From NCBI GenBank assembly GCA_027604505.1, contig JADIIX010000003.1, positions 186,001 through 250,000 on the forward strand: DNA of 64,000 nt, read 5' to 3'. Below the pieces are notes generated by a model. The model made no database searches. It saw only the letters and a program-made list of their open reading frames with translations, and had not been told where the DNA came from. Position numbers and translations under genes: made by a program. Of this stretch, positions 53,017 to 64,000 are shown piece after piece (the stretch's first letter is position 1; each line of letters starts with the position of its first letter). This DNA comes from Gonapodya sp. JEL0774 (taxonomy: Eukaryota).

Positions 53017-56000
53017 ATGGACAACTGCTCCAAAGACACCGGTGACGGAGATGACACCTTCAACTCCATGTACAATCAAGCATGTGTCTCGCCAGACGTT
53101 ATTAGGGTCTCTAACAAGCGAGAGGAAAGTTTCCCGAGTGGCAGTGATTCGGGAACTCGTGTCGATCCTGCTGAGACGACTGGTTATCACATGGTCTGTT
53201 AAGCATTAGGTGTCGGAGCTTAAGCACCAATTCAGTTTGCTTGAACACGAATAGTATGGCTAACAGCACTCTTGGTTCACGCAATGCAGGATTTGAGGTC
53301 TCCAATCCAAACTATCGACTATGCAAAAGAGAACGGCGCCCTACAAACTACGACAACATTAGTTGCCGAAAATAATTTCGACGACAAGCGAAAGAGCAAC
53401 AGCAACTTCGAAAATGGGGAGACTGATGAAAACGCACCACGAAACTTACAATCCTCACTCCAACACTCCGAAAAGCTCGGACTTGACAAACTTCCCGCTG
53501 CGCTGTATAAGCCAGCACCTGCGTTTCACCGAGAGCAGATCTTGAAGTCTGCGCTTGAAGGGCACCTTGCCACTGCTCAAGTGGCGCCGACTTCAGTGTG
53601 GGACTCTCAAAGAGTAGCGGAGGAAAGAGAGTTGGGCGAGAAACAGGGAGTTCCTGGATCCGTAATGATGGAGAGAAGAAAGCAACATAGTGGGGAAGCA
53701 ACCGAAGCGCAAGAGGATGACGGTGGGGAACTGCCTCCACAGTTCATGCCACCGCCTGCCGTGCACGGTCCGTCCATATTTGAAGAAGCAACTTGCAGCA
53801 AAGTTGAGCCGCTGGAGCCTTTTTTAACGCCAAAGGCTCGCCCTGATCGCATTCAAAGTGGTGAATCTTCTGAAACTCTGCTGGATCCATTTGAAAACGG
53901 CTCCGACCCAATACCACACATGCCCCCCAATGTGGTTCGCCATCCACTTAAGCCGGAGCTTCTTGTAGCTGAGCCCTTAAAGTATGATGAAAGTCCACAT
54001 GAGAAACTGGAGAGAGACGGAAAACCCAAGACTAGGAGCCAAGTGATCAATGCCAAAAATGTTTGTTCTAACTTTGCCAGCAAGTGAGGCGCATTTCTGC
54101 GTATTTAGTGACAATCCCAACTCTTTAGAAACAAGATCTGATATCGTTGGAAAGATTACCTGGGCTCCCCAGCGACCCCTCAAAACCCGCCCCGCTTCCT
54201 CCTTCCATCGCGACTTGCCTCAACACGCACGTTCCGCTCCTCGCTGGGCACCCGATGTCGACTGTTGCACCTTGGACTCGTATGCTTTCAGACAACGACT
54301 CAAGTTTCACAATCTTCGCAGGACTGGGTCTCTGCCTTGTGTGCTGGCTTGTGGGTAACATGGGACTCAGTTGGCTTTGGGTTGCAGTGGGCTGGGTGGC
54401 AATTACGGTCTGGGCAGTAAATGATAGAAGTAGATTGGAAAAACGGGTTGACTGGGAGAGAAAGCGCATGGAAGGTGTTTTGAACGTAAGTTCGTTCTGT
54501 CCGGTGAGCTGACTCCTTGGAAAGTGACACCGCCCATTAACGCGCATTTGTGATGCCGAAAAGTAGCTCGGAAAAAACGTAGAAACGGTTGAGTGGTTAA
54601 ATTTTGTGATCGCGCAGCTTTGGCTGATTATGGACCCGAACAGTGAGTTGTTTTGAGTCTTGGCAAATGAAACTCTCGATCTAATCACAACAACCAACCC
54701 GTGTGCTAAGTGTTCAGCGTTCTGATTGACACGCTGGAAGATGAGATGAACGCACAGGCTCCGCCTTTCGTGGTAAGCAAGCGACGATTGCAGTGTCCCC
54801 AGGCGAAACACACACTTCTCACAATTTCTAACCATTCCTTTTCTTTTCAGCAAAATCTAAGAGTGGCTGATTTCGAGCGTGAGTTGTAAGCGACTTCGTG
54901 ATCTTACGACGTATCACTGTTGACACTCAGATATTCTGCAGTGGGGCCGCATGCTCCTCGGATCACCAGCATACAAGCATATCCAGAAGCAAGTGGAGAA
55001 GATTCCGTGGTAAATAATTAAAGCCTTGGAGTTTCATCGTTTCCGAAAGTGCTTAATCGGTTATTACCTCCTTAAGTTGATGGACGTAACCATGTCACTA
55101 CAACCACCCGTTACCGCTATCGGCTCTGGTGCGGTGGGAATGCTAAACACGCACTTTCTCATAACCGGTTTTCTTGGATCTGCCCAAGTTGGGGGTGTGA
55201 CTGTGCCAATTTTGGTAGAGCAAGCAGGGTTTGAAGCAAAGGTAAGCAAAGCAGTTCCTGAGGTTTTCTTCCGCCCAGTCCCAGAGCTACTTTTTTGATT
55301 TTTGTCAGGCGCGCGTTCAAATCATTCTGTCCTCGTCACCACCATTCGCAAAGGAGTTGCGCCTTTCCCTACTGGACATGCCATTCCTCGACATCGCAAT
55401 ACGCCCCTTGAAGCTCATCAATTTGATGAATGTGCGTGTACTTCGGTGAAACTTGCTGAGAATTGCGATTCTTTTCCTGATCGGCCTTTAGTTTCCGATT
55501 ATTTCACAATTCGTAATGAGTTCAATGGAAGCTGCCATATCGCAGCTGGCAGTGACGCCCGTGAGATGAAGCGCCGTCGCCTTGCCTTCGTCTTCTGTTT
55601 TGATAGTTTCCTGGTGGAAGCATGTCTTGCGCGTTGATTTAGAAACCTTGTTGACGGGGAAAGAAGTATCGTATGGTGAGTTGTCAGGTTTCGAGAAACT
55701 AAGTTTAATCTGACGAATGCTCGTACTCTCCTTTAATGGACATCCAGACGTTAACTCTGTCGGTGTGGTGGAGGTGGTTATTCATGAAGCCATTGACAAC
55801 AAAAAAGCCGACACAATGAGTGGGTTTTGAAAGAGTTTCCTCACGCGTCCTTCGCTACTAAAACTTTGGACAATCAGGTGAGAACGACACATACGTGACA
55901 ATCTCGTTTGGGGGCTCTAGGACATTGGCAAGGACTCGAATTATTAATAACAGTGCGCACCCAGTTTGGGAAGAGACCCATTTTGTGCTAGTTTCTGAGG

Positions 56001-58793
56001 ATGACGTCAAAGCGGGCTCCGCGATGTCACTGGCACTATGGGACTATGATGCAGTCACACCGTGGGTTGTTGTCTCAGAACATTCGTTGACAGGGTTTCC
56101 AAGTTTTTTAAGATGGTGAAACATTTCCAGAGACGACCTACTTGGAAAAGTCAACATACCAGTCGCTGATGTCGTTGACGCAGATGGACTTGTTCATTCC
56201 GGGTGGTTGAACATCGTTGGGAAGAATGGCCAACCAGGCGATTTCGGGAAGTTGCATTGCGATGTTTTCTTCCACCCTAAAGCATGTACCAAGGATGAAA
56301 AAGAGACTCTTGGCGTTGATTGCAAGTGTGACGAGGAACTGGATGAGAGTGCCAGTAAGTGTTACCGATCTCTTCCATCGGTCATGTTGGTTCAAACGCC
56401 AGCCTACGAAACTAGCCAGTGGGATTTTAGCCTTGACCATACACCAGGCCATGGATGTGATGGTTCGTCCAAAGGTATGTTAGCAGCAATCTGCAGTCCC
56501 CCACTATGTGTACTGGAGCAAGGCCTGGTTGACCCTAGGACAAGGCTGGACCGTTTGTTTCTCGTGAGATTATTGTCTTTGGAGAGAGAGAGGACGACCA
56601 CCTGATAACGTTGATCGCATCATGGCAGCGTATGCAATCGTTTTCTTGGATGATCGAAAGGTGTTTCAAACAAGGAGCAAGCCTCACAATCCGACACCAT
56701 ATTGGAATGGTGGGTATTTTTGAGTTTGAGCATGAAACTCGGCTAGTCTGAGGGAGTATGGAAGCTCACTTTAGCCATTGCAAATTGTTCGCAAAGGTTA
56801 CTCTGAATTTTTTCTTCGTGATTGGACGAACTCGCGGATCAGAATCGTGGTGCGAGACGAGCGATCTCATGAAGTAGGCTCCACAACGTCATCCAAAATT
56901 CAGGTCGAATATGTAATACCTGCTCTGCTTAGCACGATGTGGTGATTGGAAGTGTCATCATTGTGCTGGATGACATTTTTCGTGTCAAACCGAAGACACG
57001 ACGGGAGCACACAGCCTGGTACCCATTGACCGGCGGAGTAGGCTTTGGAAAGATCAGGCTTTCTTTGGTGATTCGAGCTGTGCACGTACAGCTACCGATG
57101 AACATGAGAGGTTTCGGTGAGCTCGTTAAGTAATTGGCCAAAAACCCGCTTCATTGGAACTCAGATTCCACGATCGATTTCCCGCCATTCAGAAGTGGGA
57201 ACTTTCACGATCAGTGGCCTCTCAGGAAAGAATCTCGCAAATATGCGTCTGCACAGCTCCAGTCAAGCACTTTCGACGTTCGTGAGAATCACGTTCCCTC
57301 TGGCTTCAAGAACGGAAACCTGCAAACACAAGTCGACAAAGCGCGTCACTGATAACGACCCAGCATGGATCTCAATGGAGAGTGAAGTGGTAGCTTTTCG
57401 ATGTCTTACACGATACCAGGTCAGTTCAAAGCTAGCCACAAGTGAGAGATTCGGTGTTTTCGTCACGACAGTTTCTCACTTTACATTCATAATCAGTCGA
57501 TTATCCGCCTTGAGGTAATCTCTCGAAGCCACCGTGTTATTGGAGTCACCGACTTGTGGCTTCAAGATCTCATTGATTCTCGAGATGAGTGTGTGATGCT
57601 TCCACTCAACGATCCAACAGACGACACTGCAGCTACCGCAACAGACCGCAGTCCCAAGGCGAGTTGGAGTGGAAAACGGACAGTCGAAGATGTGGTAACT
57701 CGCCCAGTTCGATATCCCGGTCAGCGCCGGGAAAGGGGAGTTGTAAGAACCACTTCTCATTTCAACGTTCGAGGAAGCAACCATTCAACAGCGACTTCCT
57801 CAAGTAGATCCACAAGTCGATCCACGAGCCGATCCGACATGATCATGCAAAACCGGGAAGAACGTGAAGGGAAAAAGAGGTGGCTCGACACCAAGGGCTT
57901 TGTTGCTACACGAAGTCCGGAGACGGTTGACGATCAGAAATCAGATGAAATAGAGAAGTGGAACGGAGCCAAACAACATCATGAGTCAAGTTACCTGGCT
58001 TCTTCTGCGGAATGGGGTGAGCACACTGTTGACTCACGGAGAAGTGAAAGTGCTGCTGCATTCGATCTTGGTGACAAATCGGGAGCTGGTTTGAAGCGTC
58101 CTCTTGAATCAGAGTCGTCGACCTCATTTAGAGATGCACATAGCTCCCTGTCCGAGCTGGGGAAACACATGCCTTTCTCTCGGGTGAGATCTCGCTCTCG
58201 GCATTCCCCGGATCAAATAGAAGACAGGATTTTCGGTAAATGGAACGGTATAGTCACTTCAATGAATGAGATTGTCCGGGGGAGTCCATCGGAGGAAGGT
58301 GCGACCATTGAACATGAGGGCGAAGTGCTCGCCGTGTGCCCAGAGATTTCTCGTGGGCAGCCTCTCCTTATACTGACGTGCAGGTTCGAACCTGGACTCC
58401 GTTGGATTGAATCTTTACGGGAGGCGGAAGAATATGAAATCGAAACTTTTGAACAATCAGAGCCCGTGGAAGCAAAGGCGCGTCGAATTGCAAGCGAAAA
58501 GAAATCTAGAGGCTGGAGAGCCCTCCTGAGTGCCCCTGGCACGAATGTGACAAACAGAGACAGTGAGGGTGGGACCGCGAAGGGAGTAAGCGCAAACACG
58601 CAGAGTGATAAAGTTCTACCGGGTAACAGTTTCACGCGGTCACTGGACTGGGCCAAAGATCAAGCGATTGATTGGGCGAAGGCCACACGAATTTGGAAAC
58701 GGAGCCAGGCTCACCATATTCCAGAGGTTGGTAGACATGCTCTTTTCCATCGAATTCATCTGTACTGAAACGACAATTTTCAGATCCCGGTAG
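53017..58793 (+). CDS. SMP + multiple C2 domain membrane-contact protein (tricalbin / extended synaptotagmin-like)
   Basis: Hairpin TM at about 54310-54420; ETVEWLNFVIAQLW (SMP start); C2 motifs DTYVTISFGG...TRIINNSAHPVWEE..LWDYD and HNPTPYWN; many introns. Confidence 0.8.
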
Positions 58794-58856
58794 AGTAGGC
58801 CACTCTTTCAAGTTCCTTCACAATATGTACAGTCATATGCAAAAATAAACCAAATA

Positions 58857-61800
58857 CTATGATGGTGGAGGAAGATAATTTTGTGCATTGTTCTGCATCG
58901 GCATTCCGTTAAACCAGCTGTTCCCCGCTGGCACCGATCCTGTATTCACAGCCTGCGGAGGGAGGAGTGACGCTTTTCGCTGTCCCATCAATACTGATTG
59001 CACGCTCTCGGATTCCATCGGATTCCCTCCCAATTGAATCTGCACTGGGTAGGCTGCACTCCCAGAGTTGGGTGGATACGGTTGCTGCTGTTGAGCGGAG
59101 GACAGTGACTGCATATTATTTGTGAATGAAGCGGAATTGGGCGCGATGGAATAAAAGACATGTTGTTGATCCGTGGAGCTTGAGAGGGGATACTGATGCA
59201 AACCGTTGGCTGCTGAGTTGGCAAGGTACATTTGAATACCAGGGTCTGCACTCGAGTGGCCGTACACAGGTGCTTCTTGCACACTTCCAGTTGAAATAAG
59301 CTGGAAGACTTGACCTCCGTGAGGCGTTCCGGGGAAGGGTGTTCGCAAAATACTGGTTTGGTTGACGCCATTCGGGAAGGAGCCCTCCGATTGATCATAA
59401 GCAAGCACGGAGACAATCTGCTGTTGCTGCTGCGGTTGTTGATGTTGCTGCGGGAGGGCAACAGTCTGGTAACCATAACCTACAAGCTGCGGCGCAAATG
59501 CCTGCTGTGCGGTTTGGTGTACTATCGCAGTCATCGGTTCGGCGGCAGATGCTACATGAACCCCTCCGTTACCGACAACGTGAAACGCGCCGGGTATCTG
59601 CTGCACGAAAGCGACTTCAGGTTGAGGCATTTGATGTGTGTATACAACATGCTCTGGCTGCAGAACCATTTGTGGCACTTGCTGAACTGTGGGAGTGCTC
59701 AAAGTATAGCGTTCCCTTCTCTTGGTTCCCTCCGCTGTACTCGATCGCTCCCGAGACTGCCTAGAGTGGCCAGTGCTCGAAAAAACGGTTTGAGTGCCAG
59801 AAGGGTCTCCAAGCGAAGGCGACTCTTTACTGCGGGATACAGGCGAAGAGACCTTCGACAAGTGGTGACCATATACACCCTCGAAAGAACCTTGAGAGCT
59901 GTTCTGAGAGATCTGATGTTGTTGAAGATGCTGTGAATCTTCAGAAGGTTGTTGATCAGCGATCGGTGGGCTCCCATGTCCTGACATTGCGGGAGAGTAA
60001 GTAGATGAGGACTGGTAGCGATATGTTGGCTGACTCTGTCCCGCAGTCTTCACAAAATGTGCTGGAGGGCTGTTATTGGACTCAGGTGGGTCCTGTCCGT
60101 CTTCCCGCTCTTCGTAGTCATCGCCTATGACGAAATTAGCAAGTTCCGGGGGAATCGGTAGTGGATTGTAGCAGCGGGCACAGTCCCATCGTGGACGCCC
60201 ATCACGACTAACTGTAGGCGGGATGATATCAGGGTGCTGATGTTCAAGATGATACTTCTAAACAAGGTTTCCAAACCGAGTTGACATTCTGACGGTTCCG
60301 TTTACTTTAGACCTCTACTCACCACACCGTTCAAATTTTTGTATCTTTTGCCACAGCCCGCCACCGCACACAGATATGGCTTGTAGAGATCAGGGACGTT
60401 ACGCCCACGCTTTCCGTTGCGCCCCAGCATACCTTCTGGCACTTTCACAGTGATCACGGGTTGCGGTGGAGGTGGTGGCGTAGGGGGAAATGGCGCAGAA
60501 GGATGAGTATGAAGCTGTTTCAGAAAAACAAATGAGGACAACAGACGAAATGGAAAACTCATAAGTCTCAGATAACACCGGAATAAAGGTTTGTTACGGC
60601 GACGATCCTACCATATGGTACTTTAGCCCGCCCCTATTCTTGTAAACCTTTCCACAGCCAAAAATGGGGCAAATATAACGCCGCTCTCCATCCCTTTCCT
60701 GGTTGTTGCCTGACAATGCTGGAGCACCTCCATATGCTGTCGGCCAATACCCTCCTTTACTTGCCCTGCCACCACCCGCGAATCTGCCTGTATCATCGTC
60801 TTCAGGTTCCGAAAACACCTCAGCGTCATTAGATGCCCGTTCGGTCTGCGTTTGTGATCCTCTTCGAGCATTCCAATTGGGAGAACCATCCAACCCATTT
60901 TCAAATGCTCGCGACGGTCCACCAGTGTAGTACTCGGAAGGCGTTGGTGTTGGAGATGGACGACCAGATACACTGCCATCGTCTCTTTGTACGCCATTCG
61001 AGGGAGGGACCGAAGAGGAGGACGATCCGGAGACCACATGAGGCGACCGCGATTCGACCCTAGGAGGTGCAGATAATTTATTCTGTCCGATTGCGGACTC
61101 AGATCTAGGAGGTCTGCCGGACGTGGGCGGTGCTGACGAAGGTGTACCATTTGCGGGCACTGCGGAAAGAAGAAGTTCGGGATGGGGAGGGGCTTGCGCA
61201 TGAGTTTGGTGGGATAAGGGAGGAGGGGATGGAGAGGGGCGGCGCGATGGTGTAGGGGTAGGACTTGCTGTTTTGGATCTCGTGGGACTGGGATGTTGTT
61301 TCCGAGAAGAAACGACACTAGAAGGGGTTGATATGATAAGAATAGCAAAATTACTTGCGAGTGGAAGCATAAATCACCTTGCTCCGCGAACAGCTGCGGA
61401 CCTTGTCGAGACCACTGCATTAATCCCACCCTCAGTTGCTGGTACCACTTCGACAACCCGAACCTCCTTCACGTTCCCATTCTCGACGCTCTCGGATGGC
61501 GGATTCTGCTGTGATGTTGAATCTGGTACAGAGAGCGATTCAAGGATACCAGAGAGAGAACCCAAGGACGGCAGGGAGCCGAGAGATCCAAGCGACATTA
61601 CATCGTCTTTGCGAGAAGACGAATTGGAGAGAGGTGCGGATATCGGGGCCTCTGAAGAAGTTGTTGTCGAAGAGGAGCCGATGCCTGGCACTCCATGACG
61701 AGGCCGCGGGGGCCGTGGGAACGAAGTCCGAGGGGGTGCTGGAGCATCCTTATGAACATTTTGCCCGAGAGGAGAGTTCGTACCAATACTTCCTCGACTG

Positions 61801-62615
61801 CCATTATCAGAGCCAAAGGAGAGTAAATCGTTCGTGTCGTTCAGTCGCCGCGTCAACGAGCCAGACGAGAATCGTTTTCGCGGCAAGCTGCCAGATCCAG
61901 TACCGGAAGCCTGCGGGGCTCCAGGAATAGCGTGCGGATTTGCCTGGGCCGCAAATGCCAAAGTAGCGAGATTAGAGTGAGCGTTCTCGACCATCTCGGC
62001 ACTGGATAGCTTGGAATCTGGGTGAGCCTCTTCGTAGTGTGCCCAAAGTTCATGAAGGGACTCGATTTGACGCCCACAGCAGAAAAAGTCACGGCAGTAG
62101 TCCGATTCAACACGGTTGAGGTCTCGGAAGGATCCGGAGTGAATAGATCGATTCAGGGTACTGTGTGAAGGTGAACGAAGTGAGAACGAGTGTTGCGGTG
62201 ATTAAAGTTCCCCCATAACGACGCCAACTCACTCGACAACCATCTGTGACGATATTGACGTGCGACGTGAGTTCGATTGTGTGAACGACATCGCTGCTGA
62301 CATGCGATGCCTATGCAAAGAAGATTGAATCGGGAGAGCGGACACTGCATGGGTCACCACTCACCATGATATCCCGCTCATTGCGGAAAAGTTGGACCTC
62401 ACAGACGATTTTCTTGAGAGCTGGGTCGATCCCATCTGGTCACGAACCGATCCGAGAGTGCCATGGGAATCAGGTTGGCGCGACATCGACCCGGAGTCTG
62501 GATATCCTGACTTCATGTTGTGTAGGTTGGAGCCTGCCCCACCAACTGCAGACGACACACCGTACGGTCTATCACCATTTCGATCATGCCCAGTCTTGTT
62601 GGTATTCGCCATCAA
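58857..62615 (-). CDS. C2H2 zinc-finger transcription factor, Sfp1/JAZF1-like, with Gln-rich C-terminus
   Basis: RYICPIFGCGKVYKNRGGLKYH and KPYLCAVAGCGKRYKNLNGV/KYHLEH; N-terminal C-x2-C...H finger near 62020-62100. Confidence 0.75.
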
Positions 62616-62893
62616 TTTGGTCGAGTGGGGAGCCTAGAGAGGTCTCCTAATGTGTTCGCCTGTGCCGTTTGGTGATCCAGAAGTGACTCTCACTCCAATC
62701 GTCCAGAACTTTCAGTGTATCTCTTCATGCAGCGAAAAGTAAAAGTATATGGTTTTATCGAAACTGGAGAGGTGTGATATAGTGTGGCGGGGGAAGACGA
62801 CCTTTGAGGGTCCACACCCTTCAACTTCTAGGATAGCAGTTTTTGTGTCATGGAAACGAAGAGGTTCCAATATTGGCGTTTCCTGAAAGCAAG

Positions 62894-64000
62894 CTACTTT
62901 GTACTATGTAAATTGTCATTCAGCCACTGATAAACAATTGAAAAGTCCTTGTTTGACGTTTCAGGACCCGATGAAAGCTGCGGGTGTATCGAAGAGATGT
63001 TGACTGCAAGGTGGCATTCTGAGATGATTTTAGACCGTCATTCACCTGAGTGTATATTTGCCATGCTAAGGAGCCAACCATGCAGGTGCTGTTGGTGGCT
63101 TTAGCTGCTTCGAGGGCCAGTCCCAGGTCTTTCTGCATAAGTTTCACCCCGAATCCTCCGTCATAACCCCGCGCCGAGGGCACATTCTCCATCACTCCTG
63201 GGACAGGGTTGTAGGTGTCGGATGACCAGCAGCTATGCGAAGGATTGATCGATGGGGTTAGTATACGTACTGTGATCCGTGATGGAGGGACCCACCGTCC
63301 ACTGCTCGAATTCACAATTTGCGCGAGTATAGCTGCATCCACTCCACCCCGGATGCCCAAGTTCATAGCTTCAGATACAGCAATCATGGACACCCCGAGG
63401 ATCATATTGTTGGCGATTTTGGCAGTTTGCCCGGAGCCAACCACACCACAGTTCCAGATCTTTCCTGCCATGGGTTTCAAAACAGGCTCCACTCTCTCCG
63501 AGAAGAAATCTTTGGGCGTTGAGGGTGCCCCAACCATGAAGGTGAGCGTGCCCTTTGTTGCTCCACCCGTACCTAACGCAATCAGAGTGATTATGCGGAT
63601 TCAAATACCGAAAAAATGAGCTGCCGCCGGATTAATGCGAAAATTACCGCCTGAGACTGGGGCATCGATTGCAAACGCCCCCTTTTCAGCCATCCACTTG
63701 CTCGCGTCCACGATAGTTGTTGCATCGATTGTACTCGAATCGATGAATAGCTGGTCTTGCTTGGCACCCTTAGCCATTTCACTGTAGAGAGACCTCACTT
63801 GAAGAGGACCAGGAAGCATCGTGATGATCACATCACAATTCGCAACGATATCTGCCGGGCTGGCGACATGCGCTTTGTAGGTGTCCACGAATCGTTTGGA
63901 TGTTTCGGGAAGAAAGTCATTGACAAATAGAGTGCCATTGTTTGCGTCTACGTGCTTTTGGAGGTTGACGGCCATTGGAAAGCCCATTTGACCGAGTCCG
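62894..64000 (-). CDS. HIBADH: 3-hydroxyisobutyrate dehydrogenase (5' end outside the window)
   Basis: [80 protein letters not shown]. Confidence 0.93.

Noticed and set aside
54125..54853. 242-aa minus-strand ORF (and similar antisense ORFs at 9246-9794 and 59310-59936)
   Set aside because: Shadow ORFs opposite well-supported genes, with no recognisable motifs.

Overview
Gene-dense, intron-rich eukaryotic DNA with short GT-AG introns (mostly about 50-90 nt). It is most likely from an early-diverging, flagellated fungus; this is inferred from fungal-type Ssk1, Sfp1-like and Mep genes occurring alongside a NEK8-like kinase, FBXO3-like, FRA10AC1, METTL14 and a multi-EF-hand, probably axonemal, protein. 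About 26 protein-coding genes can be pieced together across introns; exon boundaries were read by eye and are approximate. No transposon, CRISPR array, rRNA or tRNA was seen. The most notable items are: an RNase MRP RNA gene at about 1251-1596 that the ORF track cannot show; a protein whose spliced N-terminus carries a HAP1/TRAK/Spindly-type CC1 box; a membrane-anchored P-loop NTPase of possibly bacterial type; an Ssk1-type response regulator with apparent transmembrane segments and a degenerate kinase core; a head-to-head Hsp10/Hsp60 pair; and an ammonium transporter with the His-to-Glu pore substitution. I found no clear multi-gene novel system; the novelty candidates are single loci.
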